From the NCBI GenBank assembly GCA_051748045.1, contig JBNJGY010000005.1, positions 1 through 57,083 of the forward strand: a DNA stretch of 57,083 bases, given 5' to 3'. Every line of letters begins with the position of its first letter. Positions within the stretch are counted from its first letter, which is position 1. Position numbers and translations under genes: made by a program. Shown here piece by piece: positions 8,020-17,800 of the stretch. A model generated the notes under the pieces. The model saw nothing but the letters and a program-made list of their open reading frames with translations, was not told where the DNA came from and did not search any database. This DNA comes from Thermotogota bacterium. Its GTDB lineage: Bacteria > Thermotogota > Thermotogae > Petrotogales > Petrotogaceae.

Positions 8020-9246
8020 TTGAATATAGAATATAAAGAAATAACAGAAATAAAGGAATTAAAAAAATTAATCGAGGAAGTCATTAAACCAGTTTTCGAA
8101 GAAGAAGGCGAAGTAGATATACTAACAAATGATGTTTGGACAAAGTCTAATAAAAAAGATAAAAATATTGTTTTAGCTGCAATTGATACAGATAAAAATA
8201 AATACATTGGAACTGTATCTTTGATAGACACTCCAATGAAATATGATGGCATCGAAATTAAAACATGTGAGCTTGGAGTTGTTGGAACTTTAGAAGAATA
8301 CAGGGGAAATAAAATTAACGATACTTTGACCAAGTTGTTTTTAGAAAAAGCTGAAGAATTAGAATACGATATGATTATTATAGAAGGGATTCCTTACTTC
8401 TACAGAAGGTATGGTTTTAATTATTCTGTTCCTATGTCTTCTGAATCATTCAAAATAAATAACCTTGAATTTACAAACAAAGAAAAATTAACTATGAGAA
8501 AAGCTGATAAAAAAGATCTTAACTTTATAAAAACTGAATTCGATAAATCCAACGAAAAGGTTGAAATATATTTAAACAAGGAAAAAGAAATAATAGACAA
8601 CCACATGAACGATTATGAAGAAAGATTTTTGGCAAAAGATTATAGAATAATAGAAAAAGAAGGTAAAAAAATAGGTTATTTAGCTTTAACTAAGTTCAAA
8701 GATATCATGCAAATATGTGAAATTTCAGATGATTTAAACTTTGATGTTTATGAAAGCGTTTTGTCTATTCTTGAAAAAGAATTAGATAATTATAAAACTA
8801 AAGATGAAATAAGATTGGATATTCCAGAAACTAATAAATTAATAGCTTTTTCAAGATCAAAAGGTTCTAAAAGAATTGGTGACTACCAATGGCAGATAAA
8901 AATACTAAATCTTTATAGATTTATGGAAAATATTAAACCAGTTTTAGAAAAAAGAATTAAAAACTCTATTTATAATAACGAAAACTTTAAATTTAAATAC
9001 CATAATTACAGAGAAATGATAGAGTTTAATATTAAAAATTCGAAGATAAATATAAAGAAATTAAAGTTCGAACCAGCATATGACGTAAACATTCCCCCTC
9101 AGGCTGAAGTAAAATACCTTTTAGGGAATAATACATATGAAGAACTTAGAAACATTTTACCAGATACAATAATACAGAAAAAATTTCTTGGATTGATGAA
9201 CACTATGTTCCCTAAAACAACAAGACATTTTTATCATAATTATTAA
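8020..9246 (+). CDS. GNAT family acetyltransferase (Eis-like length)
   Basis: VGTLEEYRGNKI acetyl-CoA motif; GIPYFYRRYGF. Confidence 0.8.
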   Translation: MNIEYKEITEIKELKKLIEEVIKPVFEEEGEVDILTNDVWTKSNKKDKNIVLAAIDTDKNKYIGTVSLIDTPMKYDGIEIKTCELGVVGTLEEYRGNKINDTLTKLFLEKAEELEYDMIIIEGIPYFYRRYGFNYSVPMSSESFKINNLEFTNKEKLTMRKADKKDLNFIKTEFDKSNEKVEIYLNKEKEIIDNHMNDYEERFLAKDYRIIEKEGKKIGYLALTKFKDIMQICEISDDLNFDVYESVLSILEKELDNYKTKDEIRLDIPETNKLIAFSRSKGSKRIGDYQWQIKILNLYRFMENIKPVLEKRIKNSIYNNENFKFKYHNYREMIEFNIKNSKINIKKLKFEPAYDVNIPPQAEVKYLLGNNTYEELRNILPDTIIQKKFLGLMNTMFPKTTRHFYHNY

Positions 9247-9253
9247 ATAAATC

Positions 9254-9275
9254 GCCCCTATTTATAGGGGCTTTT
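9254..9275 (+). terminator. intrinsic terminator
   Basis: GCCCCTA-TTTA-TAGGGGC followed by TTTT. Confidence 0.65.
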
Positions 9276-9306
9276 ATAATGTTATAATTAAATGAGGTGA
9301 AAAAAT

Positions 9307-9909
9307 ATGAATAATGATATTATTAAAAAAGCAGAAAACCTTCTTATAAATGCTGAACTAGAAGGAAATCATGATCTAGAACATATCTTGAGAGTTGTGC
9401 ATAACGCCAAGCTTATTGCAGATACAGTTGAATGTGATAAAGAAGTCGTCGTACTATCTGCATTATTACACGATATAGGAAGATCAGAAAAAATATTAAA
9501 TGAATATAATATAAAGAAAAATCATCATGCAGATACAGGAGCTAAAATTGCTTATGAATTTTTAAAGGATTTAGGATATGATAAAGCAAAAGAAGTTAGC
9601 TATGCTGTTTCTGTCCATAATTTTTCTAAAGGTATTATTCCTGAAACAATAGAAGCAAAAATATTACAAGACGCTGATAGACTTGATGCGATAGGATATG
9701 TTGGAGTTATGAGGGTTTTCACAGATGAAAGAGGAGATATTAATGATAAAATTCAACATTTTTATGATAAACTACTTAAATTAAAAAATGGTATGCATAC
9801 TGAAAAAGGGAAACAATTAGCAGAAAAAAAACATGAAAGAATAGAAAAATATATAAAAGGTCTACACGAAGAAATGGATCAAATGCATAAAGTTGACATA
9901 ACTGAATAA
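9307..9909 (+). CDS. HD domain phosphohydrolase (YedJ-like)
   Basis: HDLEHILRV, ALLHDIG, QDADRLDAIG and HFYDKLLKL motifs. Confidence 0.88.
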   Translation: MNNDIIKKAENLLINAELEGNHDLEHILRVVHNAKLIADTVECDKEVVVLSALLHDIGRSEKILNEYNIKKNHHADTGAKIAYEFLKDLGYDKAKEVSYAVSVHNFSKGIIPETIEAKILQDADRLDAIGYVGVMRVFTDERGDINDKIQHFYDKLLKLKNGMHTEKGKQLAEKKHERIEKYIKGLHEEMDQMHKVDITE

Positions 9910-9915
9910 TCCCAT

Positions 9916-9950
9916 AAAAAAGTCACCAATATTATATTGGTGACTTTTTT
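9916..9950. terminator. bidirectional terminator
   Basis: AAAAAAGTCACCAATA/TATTGGTGACTTTTTT between convergent genes. Confidence 0.85.
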
Positions 9951-9967
9951 ATTTTATAATCAAACAG

Positions 9968-10531
9968 TTATATTAAAAAGGGTATTAATTTTTTTGTTTC
10001 TTTTTGATATTGTTTATATTCATCTCCAAAATATTTTAAAAGTAATTTTTCTTCAACATTTATTCTATACATAAGCCCTAAAAATGGAAAAATAATTCCA
10101 AAAGAAGTTGTTATAGGATTATAAAAAGCAATAGATATTCCCACAAAAGCCAAAAATATCCCAAAATAAGCTGGATGTCTTATAACACTAAACAAACCAG
10201 TTTTTAACAATTTTTGTTCTTTATGAACACCAATATTAACAGAAAAAGCATTCCCCAACCTTCGGATTGTATCTACTCTTATAAAAACACCTATTAAAAT
10301 AATTATTATTCCAATATATTGGATAAAATTAAATGGTTCGAAAAATTGATCTATAGCTTCAGTATCTAATACATATCCACCAAACATACCAAATAAAAAG
10401 AGTGAAGTCATTATATATTTTGATCTTTTTTCCTCATGTTTTTTAGTATTTTCTTTATTGAAAAAGAAATGAACAAAAATTTCTACACCAAACCAAAATA
10501 AAACACCTATTAAAAATACTACTTGACCCAT
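9968..10531 (-). CDS. isoprenylcysteine carboxyl methyltransferase (ICMT/STE14) family membrane protein
   Basis: TGLFSVIRHPAYFG and RINVEEKLL..FGDEY..Y motifs. Confidence 0.88.
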   Translation of the reverse strand: MGQVVFLIGVLFWFGVEIFVHFFFNKENTKKHEEKRSKYIMTSLFLFGMFGGYVLDTEAIDQFFEPFNFIQYIGIIIILIGVFIRVDTIRRLGNAFSVNIGVHKEQKLLKTGLFSVIRHPAYFGIFLAFVGISIAFYNPITTSFGIIFPFLGLMYRINVEEKLLLKYFGDEYKQYQKETKKLIPFLI

Positions 10532-10605
10532 CTACATCCCCTCCTTCAACTTATTTAATATTATATCATAAAACCAATTCATAAATTAACTTTTAAAGGT
10601 ATAAT

Positions 10606-10637
10606 AAAAAAATGCAGTGGAAAAAACCACTGCATTT
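10606..10637 (-). terminator. terminator of the hut operon
   Basis: AATGCAGTGG/CCACTGCATT stem with a T-run on the minus strand. Confidence 0.75.
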
Positions 10638-10706
10638 CAATCGACTAACATTACAATTATATCATGGAAATCGAAATTTGTAAATAAATTTTTTGTTAAA
10701 GAATTT

Positions 10707-11324
10707 TTATAATTCTACAATATCTAATATTTCTTTTTCTTTTTGGATTAAAGCATTTTCAATTTCAGTTACTTTTGCATTCATTTTTGATACATAATCT
10801 TCGTCTTTTATGCTAGAAAGATTAATCTTTACATTGTACAAAGCCCCTAAACCAGCTGTTCTAGCTAACATTGCTGACACAGCACCATCAGTAATTGCAT
10901 TTTTATTTCCTTTCTCTACAACAATTTTTGACAAATCCATTATTTTTAATGATTTTTCTGCAACACTCAAAGGTACTTCTGAAGCATGTTTTGACCCATT
11001 TTGAATAGCTTCTTTTCTTTTTACTTTTTCTTCATCAGTAGATTTTGGCATTTTAAATGCTTTCATAACTCTGTTAAAAGCTTCTGAATCTCTTGTGATA
11101 TCACTTATTAAATCTTCTTGTAAGATAATAGCATCTTCTTGAACTTTTTTCATATCTTCTTCTGATTCAGCATATTTTTTCTTTCCTACAGTTAAAGAAG
11201 CAACCATATTTGAAAGAGCAGCTGCTAAAGATCCTGCTAGAGCAGAAACGCTTCCCCCACCAGGAACAGGTTCTTTTGAACCAACTTGTTTTACAAAATC
11301 ATCTAATTTCATTTTTTCAAACAT
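10707..11324 (-). CDS. fchA: formiminotetrahydrofolate cyclodeaminase
   Basis: PVPGGGSVSAL and GNKNAITD motifs; hut context. Confidence 0.88.
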   Translation of the reverse strand: MFEKMKLDDFVKQVGSKEPVPGGGSVSALAGSLAAALSNMVASLTVGKKKYAESEEDMKKVQEDAIILQEDLISDITRDSEAFNRVMKAFKMPKSTDEEKVKRKEAIQNGSKHASEVPLSVAEKSLKIMDLSKIVVEKGNKNAITDGAVSAMLARTAGLGALYNVKINLSSIKDEDYVSKMNAKVTEIENALIQKEKEILDIVEL

Positions 11325-12582
11325 TTATATAATCTCTCCTTTCATAAGCAAGTTTTCCTTTTTTAAAAACTTTTTCAATACTATTTACAGCAATATGATA
11401 AGTTAAAAATTCATAAGAAGGTACATTCAATATATTTATATCTGCTTGTTTCCCTTTTTCTAGAGATCCTATCTTCTCGGATCTATCTATAGCAGCTGCT
11501 CCATTAAGAGTCAAAGCTGTTAATATTTCTTCTGGCATCATATTCATATATAAGGCTGCTAAAGAAATTATCAAAGGAATAGATTCTGTATAACAACTAC
11601 CAGGATTTAAATCAGTAGCTAAGGCTACTGCACAACCAGTGTCAATTAATTTTCTCGCATCAGCAAATTTTTCTTTTAAACTAAATGCTGTTCCTGGTAA
11701 TAAAGTTGCTACTGTACTGCTCTCAGCCATCAATTTTATGTGTTCTTCTGTTATTTGAAGTAAATGATCAGCTGATACAGCTTCTAAATCTACTGCTAAT
11801 TTAGACCCACCAAGAGGAACTATTTCATCAGCATGCATTTTAATCTTAAAACCTTTATTTTTTGCAGCAGTTAAAAGTTTTCTTGATTGTTCGATATCAA
11901 AAACCTTTTCTTCACAAAAAACATCACAAAATTCTGCTAATTCTTCTTCTTTTACAATAGGAAGAACTTCTTGTATCATAAAATCTATAAATTCATCTTC
12001 TCTGCCAACATAATCTTTTGGAACAGCATGGGCTCCCAAAAATGTTTTTGATATTTCAACTGGGGTTTTACCATCCAAATTTTTCATAGCTCTTAACTGT
12101 TTTAATTCTGTTTTTTTGTCTAAACCATATCCGCTTTTACCTTCAACAGTAGTTACTCCAAAGCTTAGCATGGATAAAAGTCTTTTTCCCCCAGCTTCTG
12201 TTAGTTCTTCTAAACTGGCTTTTTTTGTGGAGTTTACAGAACTAATTATTCCTCCTCCAGCTTCCATTATTTCCATATAAGATTTACCTCTAAGTCTCAT
12301 TCCAAATTCATTTTCTCTATAACCCCCAAAAATGAAGTGGGTATGAGAATCAACAAAACCAGGAACAGCTGTTTTGCCGGTCATATCAATTACTTGGTAA
12401 TCTTTTTCATTGTAAATTTTTTTCAATTCTTCTGTCTTTCCAACAAATTCTATCTTCTCATCTTCTATGACGATTGATGCATCAGAAATGACAAGAATTT
12501 TTTGCATATCTTTTCCTTTTTTTGCTCTAAAACCTATTGGTGTAGCTATTTGTTGAAAATTTTTTAAAATCTTCTTATTCAT
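11317..12582 (-). CDS. hutI: imidazolonepropionase
   Basis: PGFVDSHTH, EGKSGYGL, HADE and ATDLNPGS motifs. Confidence 0.95.
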   Translation of the reverse strand: MNKKILKNFQQIATPIGFRAKKGKDMQKILVISDASIVIEDEKIEFVGKTEELKKIYNEKDYQVIDMTGKTAVPGFVDSHTHFIFGGYRENEFGMRLRGKSYMEIMEAGGGIISSVNSTKKASLEELTEAGGKRLLSMLSFGVTTVEGKSGYGLDKKTELKQLRAMKNLDGKTPVEISKTFLGAHAVPKDYVGREDEFIDFMIQEVLPIVKEEELAEFCDVFCEEKVFDIEQSRKLLTAAKNKGFKIKMHADEIVPLGGSKLAVDLEAVSADHLLQITEEHIKLMAESSTVATLLPGTAFSLKEKFADARKLIDTGCAVALATDLNPGSCYTESIPLIISLAALYMNMMPEEILTALTLNGAAAIDRSEKIGSLEKGKQADINILNVPSYEFLTYHIAVNSIEKVFKKGKLAYERRDYINV

Positions 12583-12587
12583 AAAAA

Positions 12588-13481
12588 TTACTCCATTAAA
12601 TGTGATTCAAGAATTTGTTCAGGTTTAAAGTCTTCAATTCCTAAATAATATTCTGCAGTATCTACAAGAGCCATCATAGGAACCAAACCTACAATTTCAC
12701 TCCCAACTACATTTACTCCCCATCTTCTTGCTTCCATTTTTATTGCCTCAAAAGTTTGATATAGTGCTGTTTTTGTATAATCTGTCATATTCATAGAAAC
12801 TTGAACTATTCCTCTATCTTTTAGCTCAACTCCCATAGCTTTACAGAATCTGAATCCACCAGATAAATGTCTTACATTTTTAGAAATTTTATTAGCTATA
12901 TCAAGATTATCTGTATCCAGATTTACATTAAACGCTACTAAAGGAGGTCTTGCTCCTACCGCTGTAACTCCTGATTTTTTATTGAAAGTATCTCCGAAAT
13001 CTGGTCTCCATTTTTCTTGTTGCATTTTTTCTTCCATACCTTCGTATTGTCCTTTTCTTACTTTTGATAAATTTCTTCTATGAGTTGCGGAAGCGGATTT
13101 TTCATATAAGAATACAGGAATTTGATATTTTTCCCATAATTCTTTTCCTACTTCTTTTGACAATTCTTTACACTCATCGACTGTAGAATTTTTTACAGGA
13201 ATAAAAGGTATAACATCTGTTGCTCCCATTCTTGGATGCTGTCCTTCATGAGATGTCATATCTATCAATTCTTGAGCAGTTCCAACTGCATTTATTACAG
13301 CTTCTTTCAAAGCCTTTGGTTCTCCAACAACAGTAACAACTGATCTGTTATGGTCTTCATCCCATTGATAATCTAAAAGTCTCACACCAGTTTTACCTCT
13401 AAAATTATCTACAATTTTTTCTATTTTATCTACATCTCTTCCTTCAGAAAAATTTGGTACACATTCTATTAATTTTCCCAT
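12588..13481 (-). CDS. ftcD: glutamate formiminotransferase
   Basis: ECVPNFSEGR, DHNRSV and HPRMGATDVIPFIP motifs. ATG 13481 lies behind AGGAGG. Confidence 0.93.
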   Translation of the reverse strand: MGKLIECVPNFSEGRDVDKIEKIVDNFRGKTGVRLLDYQWDEDHNRSVVTVVGEPKALKEAVINAVGTAQELIDMTSHEGQHPRMGATDVIPFIPVKNSTVDECKELSKEVGKELWEKYQIPVFLYEKSASATHRRNLSKVRKGQYEGMEEKMQQEKWRPDFGDTFNKKSGVTAVGARPPLVAFNVNLDTDNLDIANKISKNVRHLSGGFRFCKAMGVELKDRGIVQVSMNMTDYTKTALYQTFEAIKMEARRWGVNVVGSEIVGLVPMMALVDTAEYYLGIEDFKPEQILESHLME

Positions 13482-13505
13482 TATCAAAACCTCCTACAGT
13501 ATTTT

Positions 13506-15524
13506 TTAAAATTCTTTATTTACTAATTTTTCAACTAATTCGTCATCTGCAATAAATGGTAAAGTTATATGATTTCCTTCCTTATAAATCTCATTATATT
13601 CAGCAGAAGTGCTGACAGAGTTTTCATTTCTTGCCCAGGCTCTTCTTGCAACTCCTCCCATTACATCCCAAGGAATAGCCATTCTTATTATATTATCAAC
13701 TTTTTCTGAGCCATCTAAGACTAACCCAAATCCTCCGTTAATAGCTTTACCGATTCCTACTCCACCTCCATTGTGAAGTGCAACCAAGCTCATTCCTCTT
13801 GATGCATTTCCAACAAAACATTGAGTAGCCATATCAGCCATAATATTTGAACCATCTTTTATGTTAGCTGTTTCTCTGTAAGGAGAATCCGTTCCGCCTG
13901 TATCGTGATGGTCTCTTCCAATCATAATTGGCCCAACTTCTCCATTTCTAACCATTTCATTGAATTTAAGTGCTATATTCATCCTTCCTATTGCATCTTG
14001 ATATAAAATTCTTGCTTGTGTACCAACAACAAGATTATTTTTTTCAGCATCTCTTATCCACACATAATTATCTCTATCTTGTCCTCTTCTTTCTGGGTCT
14101 ATACAGCTCATAGCTGCTTTATCAGTTTTTCTCAAATCTTCTTTTTTTCCAGAAAGACATACCCATCTAAAAGGTCCATAACCATAGTCAAAAAGCATCG
14201 GTCCCATTATATCTTCAACATAAGAAGGGTATATAAAACCTTCGTTTGTATCTTTACCATTTTTCGCTATTTCAGTAGCTCCAGCATCAAATACTGCTTT
14301 CATGAAACTATTTCCATAATCAAAGAAATATGTCCCTTTTTCTACTAATTTATTAATCGCCTCAAAATGTCTTATTAAAGTTCTGTCTACTAATTCTTTG
14401 AATTTTTCTTTATCTGTATCTAGTAATTCTGTTCTTTCTTCAAAAGTTAATTGAGCAGGGCAATATCCACCGTCATATGGTGCGTGACATGAAGTTTGAT
14501 CACTCAATAAGTCTATATGAATATCATTTTCAACTGCGTATTCTAATAAATCAACAATGTTTCCATCATAAGCAATTGAAACTGTTTCTTCTTTTTCCAT
14601 ATATTCTTTTGCTAGTTCAAATGCTTCTTTTCTATTACTAGTTACTTTTGAAACCCAACCTTGTTCATATCTAGTATCTATTCTTGATTTATCTACTTCA
14701 GCAATAATCCCTACACCATTAGCTATTTCAACAGATTTTGCTTGAGCTCCACTCATTCCTCCAAGTCCAGATGTGACATATAATTTTCCTCTTAAATCAC
14801 CATCATCTGCAATACCCAATTTTTGTCTTCCAGCGTTTAATATAGTGTTGAATGTACCATGAACAATGCCTTGAGGCCCTATATACATCCATCCACCAGC
14901 TGTCATTTGACCATAATTAGCAACACCTAATGCCTGAGCTCTTATCCAGTTTTCCTGATCATCAAATTGACCAATCATAAGTGCATTAGTTATAACAACT
15001 CTTGGTGCCATTTTATGTGATTTAAAAAGACCTAACGGATGCCCTGATTCAACAACAAGTGTTTGTTCATCGGTCATTATTTCTAAATATTTTTTTATAA
15101 GTCTATATTGCATCCAATTTTGACAAACTTGTCCTGTTTCTCCATAAGTAACCAATTCATAAGGATAAAGTGCAACGTCAAAATCAAGATTATTATCCAT
15201 CATAACTTGAAAAGCTTTTGCTTCTGTAATTTTTCCTTTGTATTCTTCAATAGGTTTTGCTTTTAAATTCCCTTTTGGTCTAAACCTATACCCATAAATT
15301 CTTCCTTTAGTTTTCAATTCTTCCAAAAATTCTGGAGCTAGTTTTTCGTGCAGTTCTTCTGGAATATACCTCAAAGCGTTTTTCAAAGCTAATTTAATTT
15401 CATTTTTTGATAAATTCAATTCTCTTTTTGGAGCTCTTCTAATCCCTTCTTCAAATACTGGATATTCTGGCAATTCATTATCCAATTTTACTTTCATTGC
15501 ATTAGAAATATCTATATTTTTCAC
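13506..15524 (-). CDS. hutU: urocanate hydratase (long type)
   Basis: YGQMTAGGWMYIGPQGIVHGT, GLGGMSGAQ, SDQTSCH and GRDHHD motifs. Confidence 0.96.
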   Translation of the reverse strand: MKNIDISNAMKVKLDNELPEYPVFEEGIRRAPKRELNLSKNEIKLALKNALRYIPEELHEKLAPEFLEELKTKGRIYGYRFRPKGNLKAKPIEEYKGKITEAKAFQVMMDNNLDFDVALYPYELVTYGETGQVCQNWMQYRLIKKYLEIMTDEQTLVVESGHPLGLFKSHKMAPRVVITNALMIGQFDDQENWIRAQALGVANYGQMTAGGWMYIGPQGIVHGTFNTILNAGRQKLGIADDGDLRGKLYVTSGLGGMSGAQAKSVEIANGVGIIAEVDKSRIDTRYEQGWVSKVTSNRKEAFELAKEYMEKEETVSIAYDGNIVDLLEYAVENDIHIDLLSDQTSCHAPYDGGYCPAQLTFEERTELLDTDKEKFKELVDRTLIRHFEAINKLVEKGTYFFDYGNSFMKAVFDAGATEIAKNGKDTNEGFIYPSYVEDIMGPMLFDYGYGPFRWVCLSGKKEDLRKTDKAAMSCIDPERRGQDRDNYVWIRDAEKNNLVVGTQARILYQDAIGRMNIALKFNEMVRNGEVGPIMIGRDHHDTGGTDSPYRETANIKDGSNIMADMATQCFVGNASRGMSLVALHNGGGVGIGKAINGGFGLVLDGSEKVDNIIRMAIPWDVMGGVARRAWARNENSVSTSAEYNEIYKEGNHITLPFIADDELVEKLVNKEF

Positions 15525-15722
15525 AATGTTCCCCCCTTTAATATTTTTTTGTCATTATAATTATAACATTATAAAAAAACAAAGTTAATGGCATTTATAA
15601 GCTTCTATAACCGTCTATATGAAAATATTATTCTATATAGATTAAAAATAGACATTTATTCAGGTATGAAATTTTTTTCATTTTTATTTTTCTATTTCAA
15701 AATTATTTTAAAATAATATATT

Positions 15723-15978
15723 AAATAATGAAGAAATATAAAAAAGAAAAGTATTGGAGTTTTACTCAATAAAAATATTTATTGAAAAATGTTGCGTGTG
15801 TCATGTCGAGCAGGGTCGAGACATCTATCCTAACACATAGGACTCACTTCGTTCGCTCAGGATGACATACACAAAGATTTTCAGCATTATTATCTCTTCC
15901 AACATTCAACTTCCATCCTCCATCTGAAAAAGTTCTCAACTTTTCACTCTTCCAACAGAAATTATGAAATAATTTCTA
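15723..15978. repeat. dispersed intergenic element, copy 2 (carries a REP-like insert)
   Basis: Shares the 44-nt left end, TTCCAAC-like heptamers and the terminal hairpin with 550-752. Confidence 0.8.
15796..15872. repeat. GC-rich REP/MITE-like palindromic element
   Basis: GTGTGTCATGTCGAGCAGGGTCGAGACATCT...CTTCGTTCGCTCAGGATGACATAC; the ends are inverted and it is much more GC-rich than its flanks. Confidence 0.65.
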
Positions 15979-16011
15979 TCATGCTATAATAATAACAAAG
16001 GGGGAGATATT

Positions 16012-16563
16012 ATGTATAACATTTATTTAATTGATGATAAAAAAAATATTGTTAACGTAAACGGAAAAATAGTTGGGTATTTTGGCTTGGATGGAAATTT
16101 ACATGATAATTCAAGTAAATTTCTAGATTTAAAAATCGGAAAGTATGGTAAAGTTTTTGATATGAATCAAGATGTAGTAGGATCACTAGAAAATAAAGTC
16201 TTAGTCTTACTAAAACAAGAAGATCCTTATGCCCAAGAAGATGATAAAATCAGTATGAAAGATTATGAATCTCTAGAGTATGATAATCCTTATTTAGAAA
16301 AAAGGACTGTACGAATTCAAGAAATATTAGATTCTTTTGAAAATTATGATACGAAAACTTTTGAGATAACTCCTGACAAAATAAAAATTGATTTATCAAA
16401 TCCAACTGAAGCAGAAGAAATTTTAAAAAAACTATTAGAAAAAAAATATAATGAAGATCCATTAGATATGTTTAAACCTCAAGAATTTGATAACCCATAT
16501 AATTTGGGTGAAGATGAAGAATACTATGACCCTATCGCTGAATTTAAAGAGCAAAAGGAATAA
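16012..16563 (+). CDS. hypothetical acidic protein
   Basis: ORF with a GGGGAG RBS and TGcTATAAT upstream. Confidence 0.7.
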   Translation: MYNIYLIDDKKNIVNVNGKIVGYFGLDGNLHDNSSKFLDLKIGKYGKVFDMNQDVVGSLENKVLVLLKQEDPYAQEDDKISMKDYESLEYDNPYLEKRTVRIQEILDSFENYDTKTFEITPDKIKIDLSNPTEAEEILKKLLEKKYNEDPLDMFKPQEFDNPYNLGEDEEYYDPIAEFKEQKE

Positions 16564-16590
16564 AAAATCAGGCTTAAAGCCTGATTTTTT
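16562..16590. terminator. bidirectional terminator
   Basis: AAAAATCAGGCTT/AAGCCTGATTTTT. Confidence 0.85.
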
Positions 16591-17767
16591 ATTTATGATC
16601 ATTATGGTCTTTATGGTCTTCCCTTGATTCATGATAAATCATATCTTTTTCTTTCTTCTTTTTTTTCTTTTCATGTCTTAAAAGTAAGAATACTCCCAAA
16701 GCAAACACTGCTATTATAGGTAATACATAATTTATTATATTATGTATAATAACTTTTCTTCTCAATTCATCAAGTACTATTTCAACTTCTGGTTGATTTG
16801 GGTTTTGGGTTATTGACATATTAAGCATAGCTCTTGCTAATTGTGCGTTTTCTTCCGGATCTTGATTATAATATGCCATACCTAATTTTCTTAACAATTT
16901 CCAATTTTCAGGGTCTATACTTGAGGCTTGTTTGTAATATTCAATTTTTTCTTCTTGTGTTTCAGATAAATCACCTAAAATTTCAAATGCGTCTCTTTGA
17001 GTGAATGTTGATGTTGAATTATCAATAACATATTGAGCTATTTCTTTAGTCTTTTCAATATCCCCAAGAACCCTATATGAATTGGCTAATGTCAAAACAG
17101 TATTAAAATTTTTATCATCAAAACCCATATAATCTTGGTAAGCTGTATCTAAATACTCAAAATAATTATAAGAATAAGATATTTTAATATATAACTCAAG
17201 TATGGTTTTTTCTTTCTTAAAATTAAGAAAACCATATTTTATATCTTCAAAAGCTCTTTCTTTATCACTATAAACTCTTGAATGCCAGGCTATATAACTA
17301 TCATAATAAATAGTCAAAGGTACTTTTTCACCCACCATATCTTCGATTTTTTCAGCTGTGTCAAACATTTTTACTGCATAAGAAGGATCTTTAGTTTGTT
17401 TCCAATACTCAGATCCAAAAAAGAGATAAAAACTATTGAAAATCAATGAGTCTTGGTAATCCTTTTTCATTTGATCAAGTTCTTTTAGAGGGGCGATAAA
17501 TACATATTCTTCTAAATTTTCTAAAAAATCTATTACCGCTTGTTCATCTTCTGTAAAGTTTAAGTCTAAATCTTGAGTGTTTTTTATAGGTTCATAACCT
17601 TTTTCCCATTTCACAAGTAAATGACCCATGTACTTCATTTCATCAGACTCGGATTCTAACATATCTCCAGGTGTAAAATTGTATAAAAAGTTATCCAATT
17701 CACCTGAAAAAGAAACAGTTGTAAGGATGAGTAACAATACTACAAGGCCTTTTTTCAGGAATTTCAA
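16589..17767 (-). CDS. TPR-repeat protein with signal peptide and C-terminal membrane anchor
   Basis: TPR-like helices (LANSYRVLGDIEKTKE, YYKQASSIDPENWKLLRKLGMAYY); C-terminal TM helix and basic tail. Confidence 0.75.
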   Translation of the reverse strand: MKFLKKGLVVLLLILTTVSFSGELDNFLYNFTPGDMLESESDEMKYMGHLLVKWEKGYEPIKNTQDLDLNFTEDEQAVIDFLENLEEYVFIAPLKELDQMKKDYQDSLIFNSFYLFFGSEYWKQTKDPSYAVKMFDTAEKIEDMVGEKVPLTIYYDSYIAWHSRVYSDKERAFEDIKYGFLNFKKEKTILELYIKISYSYNYFEYLDTAYQDYMGFDDKNFNTVLTLANSYRVLGDIEKTKEIAQYVIDNSTSTFTQRDAFEILGDLSETQEEKIEYYKQASSIDPENWKLLRKLGMAYYNQDPEENAQLARAMLNMSITQNPNQPEVEIVLDELRRKVIIHNIINYVLPIIAVFALGVFLLLRHEKKKKKKEKDMIYHESREDHKDHNDHK

Positions 17768-17800
17768 TTGACGTCCTCCTCTATAAAATAAAAAATAAAA

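Noticed and set aside
7899-8333. 144-aa minus-strand ORF
   Set aside because: It is antisense to the GNAT gene and its promoter and has no recognisable motif.
15525-15720. His leader peptide upstream of hutU
   Set aside because: I found no His-codon-rich short ORF and no terminator between the putative -10 and the hutU start.
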